Shown: positions 11,749 to 23,233 of the stretch, one piece after another | Position numbering within the stretch: the first letter of the stretch is position 1 | Layout: each line of letters begins with the position of its first letter | Assembly: GCA_965235115.1 (NCBI GenBank) | Contig: OZ249436.1 | Coordinates: 57,288,001 to 57,352,000 of the forward strand | DNA: 64,000 bases | Direction of reading: 5' to 3' | Source of the DNA: Laetmonice hystrix | Lineage: Eukaryota | Made by a program: the position numbers and the translations under genes | Notes under the pieces: generated by a model | Databases searched by the model: none | Told to the model about the DNA's origin: nothing | The model's input: only the letters and a program-made list of their open reading frames with translations

Positions 11749-11871
11749 GATTTCTTCTCCTTTTCCAGGTATGTATTCCAGTCATGCAGATCAGCAGCAT
11801 TCTTTTCTGTCTAATATATCCAAATCACCATTACTATGGTCCAAAGGCAAGCACACCAAGGTCATGTAAGT
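11749..11871 (+). other. Candidate recursive splice site plus RS-exon (or ordinary 97-nt exon 11769-11865)
   Basis: gatttcttctccttttccag|GTATGT at 11768/11769; downstream donor CAT|gtaagt at 11865/11866. Confidence 0.4.
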
Positions 11872-11949
11872 ATATTATTAAACTGTATTACGACCGTTGT
11901 GACCTGTGATGCTGTTAGACTTTTTCTCGTGATTTTATTAATACGGACA

Positions 11950-14050
11950 GATTTCACTAAGTAGTATACTGAATAGGAAGTTTGGTGCGGGCTCCAATGT
12001 CAGTAGTATATGGAAAGGGTACTAACTGAAAGGGATCTCTTGCCTGACGTCAGTCGATACCTTTGACTGCTCGGATAGTACACATCCAGACGTTTTAGTG
12101 TCAGAGTTTGCCTCCAGATGTCAGCTGTGTGGGTGTTCATAGGACAGGGCCGAAAACATGCTTGTCACTGAATATTGGGTCCAGTAAAGCAGAGAACAGT
12201 GGGATATGTGGCAGCCAGCCTCGAGGGCGTCTATCCGTAATACGTGCCTTCAATACTGAATAACGTACATGCTTCCAAATTGATACTGAATAAGTTAAAT
12301 TGGCATAAGGAAATAGATTTTCTGGAATTGTTGGCAGCAGTCGACAGACATGTTACATGCGTATTAATATAGCAAATAGTCCACGATAGAATACATTTAT
12401 AGCAGATTTGTGAAATGTACGCTGCTACTGGCAAGCTTTCATGTTGCTTGTTTCTAAGTAATTATACAGAACGCTGTTATATATTAATCATATTGCCATG
12501 TAAAATAAATGTTTATAAATGGAAGTGATTTTATGTTGTTTGGGCAGTTATCGACACTGCCTTAGGTAGGATAGTTTGGAGAGAGAACGATTGCCAAATG
12601 CCACTAGTTTCTAGCCGGTGCCGGTGCCAGTAGTGGGCCTGTTGCTGGTGTTGGTGCCGGTACCACTGCAGATGCTGAGACCAGCCGGGTCACTGGCTGC
12701 AGCCTCACTCAACCTCGCCTGCTAGAGCCATGCCTGCCAGTCACTGCGTTGAAATATTAATGCCTTGTCGCATACTGCTAGATGGAGCTTCCTGCAGATA
12801 CATTGTAATATTATAATGACGTCTGAAGGTTTCGTCATGGTGCGGCAGACCTGAGCGCCACCATTCTGCAGACCGAGAGCTGTCGTCATTGTCTTGTGAC
12901 CTCTCCACGGGTTAGGATCAGTGCATACATTATCGGGGTCTTCCCGGCATATACTGCAGCCATGGTTAACGCTTAAGTCATTTACGAAACATATTGGCGT
13001 AATAGTTGTATACATGAGGTGATTTAGAAGTCCGGCAGGCATTAAGACAAAATAAACAAATTTCAGAGGATGGCTTAACCAGAAGAATGCATTTTAGATT
13101 AAGAGTGCTTAGTTCGAGTCTGCTAGGGTGGAAACACGAGAAGGTCGGGGAAGAAGCCGGCAGAGAGGCCGCCACAGGCAGTGTCATTCCGCTGGTAGAG
13201 TATGCACCATCTGGCAGGGACAACTGTGTATGGGCTAGTGGTGGAGTAAACACTGTAAGCCGACAGACCCTGACCCTACAGGTCTGTATTGATTTTCTCC
13301 AGCGCCTAAGGTCAGGAAGACTCCAGGGCGGAGGACAGTGGCTCTGACCCTGAAGCGTGGAGGGGTGGGTGGTGGGGGACAGCTGGGTAACTGTGGCAAC
13401 GCACGTGCAGAGTCGACATCACATGACTAGGCTGGGATGTGATTGAACACTGACACACATACACACACAAACACGTGGAGGCAGGTAGCAAGCAGACTCA
13501 GCGAGCAGAGCCCGTTCCTTGTCCAGTACCAGCTCTGTATAAAACGTGGCTCTTAACTCAATGGAACTTTGACTTGATCGTTAGCACCTGAGTGGATAAT
13601 AATTTGCACATGGAGCAGCAGAGTTAGCCGACTTTCGGACCCTATCGATATCGTAGGGTCATCCTTTCAGAAACGTCAACAAACCTTCAAGGTCTGGATG
13701 ATTCCAGTTGGCCTGACGGTAATATTTCGAAAGGCCTCCCAAAGCCCAAGGGCATTTTCGACAACACATGGACAAAATGTTGTGCAAGTTTTCGATGTGA
13801 GGAGGCCTTGAAGAGACTTTGAGGTGTTTAATAAGCCATGCCATGGCTACCATCATATCTACCACAGCTGCTCACCAAGTCGTAGAGGGGCTGGGCTATC
13901 AGCCACACTCCAGTAGACCTCGCCACAGTAACATCCGAGAGAACATTAAGGTCCGTGGGAAGACCACTGAGGTAGACCCGCCTACCATCATTACCTAGTA
14001 ATATACCAGAACAGAGGTTATAGCTACTTCCAAGAAAACTCTCCTCTCTC
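11950..14050 (-). mobile_element. Decayed L1/Tx1-like relic (ORF1 plus endonuclease traces)
   Basis: RRVYLSGLPTD...GRYDG...CCRKC (Tx1 ORF1-like) at 13700-14000. ADIWRQ...SQRYRL...HWSP at 12000-12130 resembles the endonuclease motifs L.D.WR, SRIDY and SDH.P. Confidence 0.35.
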
Positions 14051-16139
14051 ATAATGGTAACGTGACATGTTTGAAATTTAGATCCGTCTCATGCACCTGT
14101 TTGTTTACGTTTGACTTCCTTGAACATTCACACGTTTTTGTGGTTTAAAGTCCCACTTAAGTTAATTAGAATCACCGGCTGATTATAAATGAATACCGAT
14201 ATATAGATAAAAGTAGCCAACGCACTTTACTTTTTTCATCACTTTAATCCAATATCACAAGTGACACCTTCTAATTTTCATCACCAAATGCACCTTTCTT
14301 TTAACATGCAAGAAACAATTATTTGTTCGTGTGATATTGTTGTGTGGTATGGATTGTATGGTGGATTGTATCCATTGTTAATGTCCATGTTAGGTATGTC
14401 ATGTACATATCCAAGACCTCTGGCCTGATAATACGAGAAGATGTTCTGGAACTGCTGGACCCATTACAGTAGGCATCATCCCAACATCCAACGAACGCTG
14501 GCACTATACTGACCGCTTGAGTGCATTTTCTGTATAATTCATGATACCAAACCCATTAGGGGTCTGCTGGTGCTTTGAGTGCTTCGTGCACTCAATATTT
14601 GATTACCGTTAATCAACAAACAAATGGCAGAAAGGCAGTAGTATTCCTCGTGTAATGTTTGTTGGCATGTTATCCCTCATGAGTAGGCCTACTTGCTGAA
14701 TTACCTTATTCAACTGAGCGCGACGTGTTAAAAGTTCGTCTGCTGTAGATAAAATTAAAGTGATAGAATGGAACTAATATTGTGAGGTTAGAAAATGTGG
14801 CAACCAGTCAATTCATACGAAGAAAAAATGCAAGAAGAGAAAGACATTAAGCTGTGTATGTTTGAGTGGTTCTGATAATTGATAGATGGTTACATAATTG
14901 CTTATAGCCGTTCCCGTAGTAGCTGATGTTTAGGACGGTGGTGTCTGTGCAGTTCCTATTTACTATGTTCACGTGCTCTGAACAGGTTTGTTGTTCAGCT
15001 TGCCAGGTGATGGAGGCAGGTTTAGGTGAGGCATGCCAAGGTACATCCTGGTACACCGCCATTGATGAAATGGCACGCATCAGTCAATGGCAAGGAGACA
15101 ACCAGTATAATGTCCGTTAGGTGTAACAAAGAGCAAAAGATCACACAGGTCACATGAGGTCACCAAGAACAGACTATTGAGGGGGGGGGGGGGTGAGTGG
15201 TTACTGTTCACAAGATTAATCACATTGAAGTCATACTTCAACTGGGTTACTTTTCACCAGAACTGGTATATAGGTCACAGCTGCTGTATTTCTCTTGTAT
15301 GCTGATTTATTCATGAAACCAAACGTCATGCTGATAGTGGTAAACTACATGTGTGAATAGCCAAATTGGATAACACAGCAGCATTGGCTTTGAAGATAGA
15401 CTGCCAACTGCAGTTAGTCCGATAGGTATTTTCTGGATGTGACATTGAATCTTACATGGTGTCGGGAGATTCATGACAACCAAACAAGATATTAAACTCC
15501 TACCGCCTCACAGTATACCATGGAAATGATCATTTTGCCGTTCTAAACGCTGATTGCATGCATTGCACTATACCTGAGGGAAAACTCCGACGTCAGGGTG
15601 GGGCTACCTGATACATCATCGTCATGAACGTTTCATTAACCTGATTTTATATTCATTATGTGTTGTGCTACCATACTCAAATAAAAATCGAACTTTTAAC
15701 TCCAAGCAATTTATTAATGTAGCATTTTGATGAAATGATATGTATTAACTGCAGAGGCTGAATTACTGTGCTTGTTTGCTAGTTTAAAAGCAAGGAAAGT
15801 CATGGGTGTGGCACTGAGTGGGCTACTCATACCACTAATGTAATTCCCTATTGATTCTGGCCGTTCCATATTGCCAGATATCATGTGTCAAGCCAGAAAT
15901 ACCGACTCATTCTTCTAAATATAGAACAGACCTAGGTACAGTTTCTTTTCTTCATGGGACTGCATTGTAGTGTGCAGTCTTTTTTTGATTGTTTTCATGA
16001 AAGCAGGTGAATATAGGCGTGTCATTATTGAGTTGATATTAAAACATTACCTTATTATTTCCCCCTCCGAAACTGCAATCGTTTACATGGAGCATGTGTA
16101 ATTGCCATACTAACTGGCGCAGATTTACTCCTTTTCAAA

Positions 16140-16935
16140 ATGCCAAGTCTGGTCGGTTCGGCTCCATTTAATAGTGGCATTCTATGCAATCTAACACCAA
16201 TTTGTCGCGATTTTTTGTTGATTCAGGATTACTCCATTGTTTTGTTAACTGGGGCACATACTTTTATCTTATGTGCTGCCTTCATATATATATTGTGTAT
16301 CTCTTCATGTTTATACAATGGGTATGGAAGCTGTGGCAGTCTTTCACAATACATGCCATATTTGGTTCTCACACTTTTGGCTACTTAGACCGTTCGCCGT
16401 GCTTGTGTATTTTTCTTCGACTGAAGTTTTCTCTACAGTTCTATGAGTTTGGCTATTTCTCATTGTTTCGCAGACTTTTGTTGTATCACTGAGATAATAT
16501 CGTTATCCTTGCGGCGCCGTGTGGCGTCGCCACCAAACAGTAGGTGTATGTTTTCACACGGGAGAATCGTCCACCAGCGCCTCACCCCGACATGACCGTG
16601 GGGCTGGCCGTACGAACGTTGGTTGAAACTGATAACATTGTCGGCTGCCAACCCCAGCCTGTCGTAAATAACGCCACCTTGGCGCCTCCTCCCGGTCGTT
16701 GTCGATGTGAGAGCTGTAATTCCTGGGCCACTCTCTCGTGGCCAATATGGAAAGGAGAAAGTCATCTGCTGCACCATGGTGCATTGTTCTAGGTCTGACC
16801 TGCAGGTCTGTTTTGTGACCGCTACAATAGGTACAAATCATATACCTGACTGATCCCACATAATACTTGGCAGCGGCTCCGGCCTTTTCTAAACCCTGCA
16901 GTATGGTAGGTCTTTTCATGTCGGCCATTTTAGCG
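16140..16935 (-). mobile_element. Decayed Tx1-like ORF1
   Basis: Start AAAATGGCCGAC (MADMKRPT...), then one long frame broken by a few stops: GVIYDRLGLAADNVISFNQR...LPYPLYKHEEIHNIYMK...QIGVRLHRMPL, resembling Tx1/ZCCHC3-type ORF1. Confidence 0.3.
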
Positions 16936-19900
16936 GTTTTCTGCAATAAAGACTGGTGGGTTGAGTCGTCACACGAACTACTTCAGGACAAGTATTGACT
17001 GGGAGGTTGTACATTAGCCTACTTTTTGACAAATAGTGATCAAATAGGACGTAGAAGTCAGACTGTAATGTATGCAAGCATACGATACTCTGGTAAATCG
17101 GTATAGCATCCTAAATCTAGACAACCAGATTGGTTAGTTGTAAGACACATCTTTGAGATGTGATGTCGTGTTCAGCTTTTATATATTAGATATGAAAATC
17201 ATAGTGCTGCTAGCTCTCGATGGCTTATTAGCTGCACACTGTACAGGAATTATGGATATTGTTCTGAAAATGTTCTTAAGAAATGGCAGAATCGCTTGCT
17301 AAGAGTTAGGGTCAGGGAACCATATCTACAGATGGGTTTGTTGACGATAGATTGTAGAGAAGGTGACGTATCGTTATTGCTATATTGCTATATTACGTCC
17401 TCTAACTGATACAGCTGTAGACAAACCGATGTGTCGTGGCCGAGATACTGATCCGAGCCAGTGGTTGCTTTTCGCGCACACCGACGGTGAGGACATGAAT
17501 AATGCATGTAATATGATGTCATGGTCGTCACGACTCGACAGGCAGTAAACTGTCGCCCCAGCTGCACTGGACGAGGTATGGTTGGACAGACTGAAAGCCG
17601 TCTAACTCTAGCTGCCCCTATCTCCCCCCATTAGGGTATTTATTGCCAGCAGACACTCCAAGCCCAAATGTATCATTTTTATGAGAGTATGAAATGGACT
17701 TATAAACACCTTGCTTGTTGCATACTTTCAAAGCCAAGACGTGGAAACGTTGCAGTACCATACTAATCATTTCCACAGGAAATATATAAAAGGAATTCTT
17801 GACCGGTGGCTATAAGTTTGAATAGTTTGAGACATGTTATATTTGTATTTAGTGTTCGAAACATATTGGTGATTGCTTTCAAAATATTACACAAATAGTT
17901 CGGCAGTAAGTTTAATGAATGATTGACAAAATGATTTAAATGTGCAGTATTCTACCAAGGAACCAACTCGTCACCATATCTGGTGAATGGAGAGATGATC
18001 AAACCATAATAATGTGCAGCCGAAGTTTGGAAGTCATGTACTGAATCCTGCGCAGACCTGCGCAGACCTGTTGGCGTCGTCTTATAGTTGGTCTAAGTTT
18101 GGCGTTCAGTCATTCCCCTGACACACGCCGTCTGCACCCCCAGACTGCGGGCTGGTGTGTGGGGCTGACTGCCGGGCTGTCACGGCCCGCCCCGCCGTGA
18201 TCAGTCACCGCCCCCCCCCCGTCTGATCACCTGACAACACGGCTTGCTAGGGGTGGCCTGCCACACGTTATGGTATACCAACCCCGTCAACAAAAACTCT
18301 CCAGGATATCTCACTGGAGAGGACACTTAGAGAGATAATCACAGCCACACCACACTTCCTAGGCGTGTGGCAAGAAAACCACAAGATATTGATTGTCATG
18401 CCATGTAGATGAGGGGAAAGCTGAATATTTTTACCCGAGGATGGGTCGTTTGGAAGCGTTACATACATCTGTGGAAGAAAATTGATTGAAATCAAAATGG
18501 TGCTTCTTATTGGTGCCCAATCGCCCGAAAAAGAATAATGGCATATTGTCATTATTGCATTTTGTTTATGATATCGCGTGTTATTTTTTCTGTAAAAGCG
18601 TCCTGTTTAGGGGCGGTATGTATTGAGAAAAATTGTAGTGAGATCAGAATAATTCGTTGGTTATTTAATTATAATATATCTGGAGTCGTCTGCGCACTAA
18701 ACTCCATACGTTTCCACAAAAATGGTACACCATTGTAACTTGGGTCACTGTAATTCCTGTATGAGCCACCAGGTGGTGTTGGCGAGGTGATGCAGCATGC
18801 AGTGGAAACCGGTGGTTTTAGAAGGCAGCCAGTGCTGACTGCCTGAAAATAACGCCACTTTGCATATACTTCTCGTGGTATGCACTCAAGGCTTACATTT
18901 CCATATACTACTTATTACCGCAAATTACATGTAGTTTTTAAATCATTGTTTTCAGTGATGCCTTATGTAAACTGCTACCAACATAATGGTATTCAAAATT
19001 AATAACTAAGTTATTACTCTTTCCGCTATTCAGCCGAATATAATTATTTAAAACAAATGCATGGGGGGAGCTAGGAAGTCGGTTATCAATCTCGCAGTCT
19101 CCGATGAGCACTGTATCCTCGTGCAAGAAGACACAGCCTGCGGGTCTCTGTACCAGATGTTGTTTTCAGAGATATTAACATTATTTCATATTTATGCATT
19201 AGTAAGCGCCGGTAATACCAAATCGTACCGTATTGATCAATATTTGATCTAAATACATGTAGAAGGAATGGTGGTCATCCTGCCAGCAGCTGTTGCCGGC
19301 GTGTTGTTGCAGCATACATTGAATAATGTAACGTTCTGACTATGGCCGTCAGCAGCAGGATATCCAGACAGACAAATGAGATTGAAACGGCCTCAGGAAT
19401 ACTCCCTTGGTAGTTGACGTTTGACCGTTGGCTATGGTATGATGAAGTGGCCTCTCTGGGGCTTGCAGTGCCATACAGCCGACCTGATCCTCACTGATGT
19501 ATCCGTTATATGCGCATCCTTATATATTACTTATGTTTAGTCATATACCGTAGGAATGGCATCATCAGCATAATGATAGCTTATGTCATGTCTATCCAAA
19601 TAAGTCTACTACATACGTATAGGAAGATTATGAGAATGTGGCTGTCGTGTCAGACGATCAGGTTAATCAGTGAAACAGAATCATGGAGAAAATCCCTAAC
19701 GTGATTTTTATTTTGTTATTTCGTTAGTGTTTGTGGTCACAACCCAGAAAACGTCATTTCCCCCAAGTAGAACACTCTGGCTTTATTTCCAACACAAATG
19801 TTTAGTTAGAGAACGAGGTTATTGTTTATGGCAATGATTGAATGGCTGCGTCGTTTTTATAAGTGGCTATTTCAGCTGTGTCCCTACATTGGAGAATTAC

Positions 19901-21114
19901 CGTGCAACATTAAGTTGTTAACCTGAGGCTGTCTTCGGAACCATAATGAGTGAATCCCCCATGATGGCCAGCCTCCAGTCAGGCGGGGCCGTCGGCCCGA
20001 CATAAAATACCCGCCATTACCGGCCGGCCTTCCTCCTCCTCCCTCTTCATTCGATACGGAGTGTTGGAGTACCAACCGGCGTAAGATGCCACTGGCGTTC
20101 TGTACCGAAAGATGTGTCAATAATAAACCAGTGTTATCGGCTGCCTTTACAGCAATGTTCAATTATCGCAAATGCCTTGAAACACAATTCCCGCCCAATA
20201 AACAATTGGTTGTTATATCTCAGTATGTTGTGAAAACTGGAAAGGTCTCGGAATGATGCCATGTTTTTCTGGCTGAGGGTAGGTATTATCCAGAGGAAAT
20301 GTTCATGGATGCGTAAACCTCCTGGGTTCGCGAAATATGTAAGAATATTATTTTTATTTGATAATTGCTACGGAAAATGCTTCCAGTTGACAAGATTGAA
20401 GCAAAGATCACTTGCCAAGAAGTACCATTTTACTAAAGGTACACACTGTTCTAGAATTCCCTTTGATTTCTTCAGTGGACGTCCACGTCTGGCTGAGTAG
20501 TTGTGCACTGATTTATTTATTTGTTTCTTTTGCGCGCGCCTCTGGCACAAAATGATATGTCACCGTGACCAGGAAGGCATCGAGCTCCATTAAAGTTTGG
20601 GGACGTGGGGAAAAAGTCGATGCCTCGACTAGGCAGTGCTATGGAATGGAAACCTCATATAGAACAGAATCCATTTAGCAGATTGCAGAACAATTTATGA
20701 CAGGGTTAATGACATCGTCTTCCCTGCGAGGTTGACTTTGATTATGTAGCATCAAATTAGTTTGATCTCAAATCATTCTCTGGTGGACCCCGGGACTGCG
20801 AGGAGGCTGGGGGTTCTGATGGGGCGTGCGGCGTGCTTGCCGGGGGTGCAGCGGTGTGGGTATACCACTCGGGACAGCATGGCGGGGAGGTATGATGCAG
20901 TCAGTAGATGATCTCTCAGACTGGCGGTCGGGGACTGGAGCCAGGAGTGCATGCAGTAATGGAATGGCCGCCTGTCGAGGTGTCTCCATCTGTCAGCAAG
21001 TCAACATAACATAATATACCTTGTCAATCCTCAACCGTACCATCACTTCTACTCTCGCTCGTTCACACACGGCCTGGGAGCAGAAGGAAATTTCCCATAC
21101 TGAGAGACACACAT

Positions 21115-21128
21115 GTTTCCATGGCAAC
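21115..21128. promoter_or_regulatory. RFX X-box
   Basis: GTTTCCATGGCAAC matches GTNNCC-AT-GGNAAC and lies at the 5' edge of a GC/CpG-rich island. Confidence 0.6.
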
Positions 21129-21129
21129 A

Positions 21130-21569
21130 GGCTCCCCGCAGCGAGTCAAGATGAGGTCACCCCCGAGCCGGCACAATTTTTGTTCTCCGCCGCCATACTC
21201 GGCCAGACTCTAGCTGGGCACCAAAATCGGCGGCGTGGTCAATTTGGCAATCTGTGGCAGACGACGGAGAAGATGTAGGAGGAGAGGGTGGTAGCGAATC
21301 GTGATGGCGACGTCGCAGGTTGGTTGGGCTGGTCCTCCGCTGGCACACGCAACATGGCTGAGCCTGGTGACACTCCTCACCACGACACACAGCACCGCCG
21401 CGGCGAGCACGACGACGGCAAGGACGACGACCATGCTCAAGACGACGACGAGTATGAGCCTCAAGGTGTGGTCACTTTAAGGTGACCCATGAGAGCATGA
21501 GCCATGCAATGCTTTGGCTGGCGCCGTGCCCCCGACCCTGCCACGCTGCCCGAGGACCACATCCCAAAG
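21130..21569 (+). other. Candidate first exon of a host gene in a GC/CpG-rich island (about 20760-21800); 5' end approximate
   Basis: Strong donor AAG|gtaagc at 21569/21570. ATGs at 21304, 21354, 21489, 21497 and 21504, of which only 21504 and the frame-shifted 21497 stay open to the donor. X-box upstream. Confidence 0.35.
21504..21569 (+). CDS. Possible first coding segment MQCFGWRRAPDPATLPEDHIPK (phase 0), unidentified protein
   Basis: gccATG context, 22 open codons ending at a GTAAGC donor. No family recognised. Confidence 0.2.
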
Positions 21570-21899
21570 GTAAGCGGCATTCCTTCAACACCGCCCCCTC
21601 CTCCATCGCTGTCCCGCCCGTGACATCTCACTCCCGGCAGCCACAGCAGCATCCTCACCAAGGGTGCGGCTGTTTGGGAGGTGGTGTCCTGTAAAGTTGA
21701 CAGAACCCGGCCCTGACACCCCACACCGCTGTCCTCGGCCGACCGTCCGGATCCGATACGGATCACGGCCGTTAGTTACTTCGTCATCCTACCACATGTT
21801 TTAAACAAAGTAATCATCTCAAAGTAACCCACCCCCTCCAGCTTTGTGGCACGAGTCGTGCTGACATCCGCTTACCTGTGCGAGGTTTTCAACGTCAGC

Positions 21900-22260
21900 G
21901 TACCGTCCCTACGAAAGGTACTTTTATTGCTCGGGCTCCAACCTGTACTCCGAACCGTCAGTGAACCGTCCCTAGACTAAAGGTACTTTTATTGCTCGGG
22001 CTCCAACCTGTACTCCGAACCGTCAGTGAACCGTCCCTATACTAAAGGTACTTTTATTGCTCGGGCTCCAACCTGTACACCGAACCGTCAGTGAACCGTC
22101 CCTATACTAAAGGTACTTTTATTGCTCGGGCTCCAACCTGTACAGTGAACCGTCCCTAAAATAAAGGTACTTTTATTGCTCGGGCTCCAACCTGTACTCA
22201 GAACCGTCCCTATACTAAAGGTACTTTTATTGCTCGGGCTGCAACCTGTACTCCGAACCA
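21900..22260. repeat. Minisatellite, 6 copies of a 65/54-bp unit
   Basis: AAAGGTACTTTTATTGCTCGGGCTCCAACCTGTAC... starts at 21914, 21979, 22044, 22109, 22163 and 22217 (spacings 65, 65, 65, 54, 54). Confidence 0.95.
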
Positions 22261-22861
22261 GCGGTAGCTCCTAATGAAACGGTACTTCACATCTTAATGT
22301 TTCTGTCCAAACAGTGCATCGAAGGATGACTTAAGTTACTGCAATCATATACCATCATCGGACACCAATTTCATATTGAACAGCAGTTAAAACCCTGATA
22401 TCTGGATCAATTTGATGATGAATAATCACAGGCAGTTTAACGTGAGGGTAGTAGGTTGTTAACAATACAGTAGGGGCTATGTGCAATATGTCGCAGGGAA
22501 ATTTCGCTGTAGATATTGAAATGTTGGAGTGACGGTCTTATATTGGTTACCATGATCTTGAATGGGCCAGCACAATGGTGGTCCTTCAAAACAGACCTGT
22601 ATATATGCATGCCTATTAACATATCATGTAGGCCTAGGCAGTAAACGCAACCTTCGTCATACAAAATTCACGATACGACATTATTGATTTATTATTTTAA
22701 TTTTTCTGTACTTGAATATTGACAGATATGATTAAAGTTCACTTTCAATTGCTGCAGTAAAGTTACCATGATTGTAATCGACCTGCATAACGTAATGTAA
22801 ATTTCCTTTATCCCAACGTATCACCATCACTGATGATGTAAAATGTTTGAGGAACTATGTA

Positions 22862-22878
22862 CAGTGTGTCCCAAAAGT
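22862..22878 (+). mobile_element. Solitary Tc1/mariner-type terminus
   Basis: TA|CAGTGTGTCCCAAAAGT. Partial reverse-complement motifs TTTTGGGACA at about 23091 and 24477, but no full matching right end. Confidence 0.35.
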
Positions 22879-23142
22879 CTAGACTCCAGGAGACAATACA
22901 GTTTACTTTTTTATTCCTAATTGTGCTATTCACATTAGCAATTCATCCTCGCAGGAGTGGTTATTTCCCATTGCCATTTCGAGTTTCTCAAGAGAGCATG
23001 TAGGTTACTCCTAACAGCAATACACAAGAATTTAGAATTTCTTCAAATTTGAGAATTCGTGCTTTAACCATTTAACCCATTTCACGAAAATTTTGGGACA
23101 ACTAAAAAGTCGGACGTGTCCAGCCGCACAAATCTCACATAC

Positions 23143-23233
23143 CCAGCAGCCTCATTATCTGTTCGAAAGCAACCAGCTCGTTGAAATCTGTGCCGTGTGC
23201 TAGTTCAGAAAGGCAATACGCGTTTTTATTGTT
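23143..23233 (-). other. Candidate 91-nt exon (NNKNAYCLSELAHGTDFNELVAFEQIMRLL-G), probably from a decayed intron-containing TE gene
   Basis: Minus-strand acceptor tctaatctcttcag and donor CTGG|gtatgt; open frame, protein-like composition. Confidence 0.25.

Noticed and set aside
21210-21464. Hydrophobic minus-strand ORF MRLILVVVLSMVVVLAVVVL... as a membrane protein
   Set aside because: It is the antisense reading of a GAC/ACG-rich tract.
21354-21569. Selenoprotein-like read-through (His/Asp-rich frame with two in-frame TGA codons continuing to the donor)
   Set aside because: No redox CxxU-type context, no SECIS identifiable, and no similarity to a known selenoprotein; uORFs are a simpler explanation.
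21900-22260. Possible CRISPR array
   Set aside because: Units are contiguous tandem copies with no unique spacers, there are no cas genes, and the context is eukaryotic.
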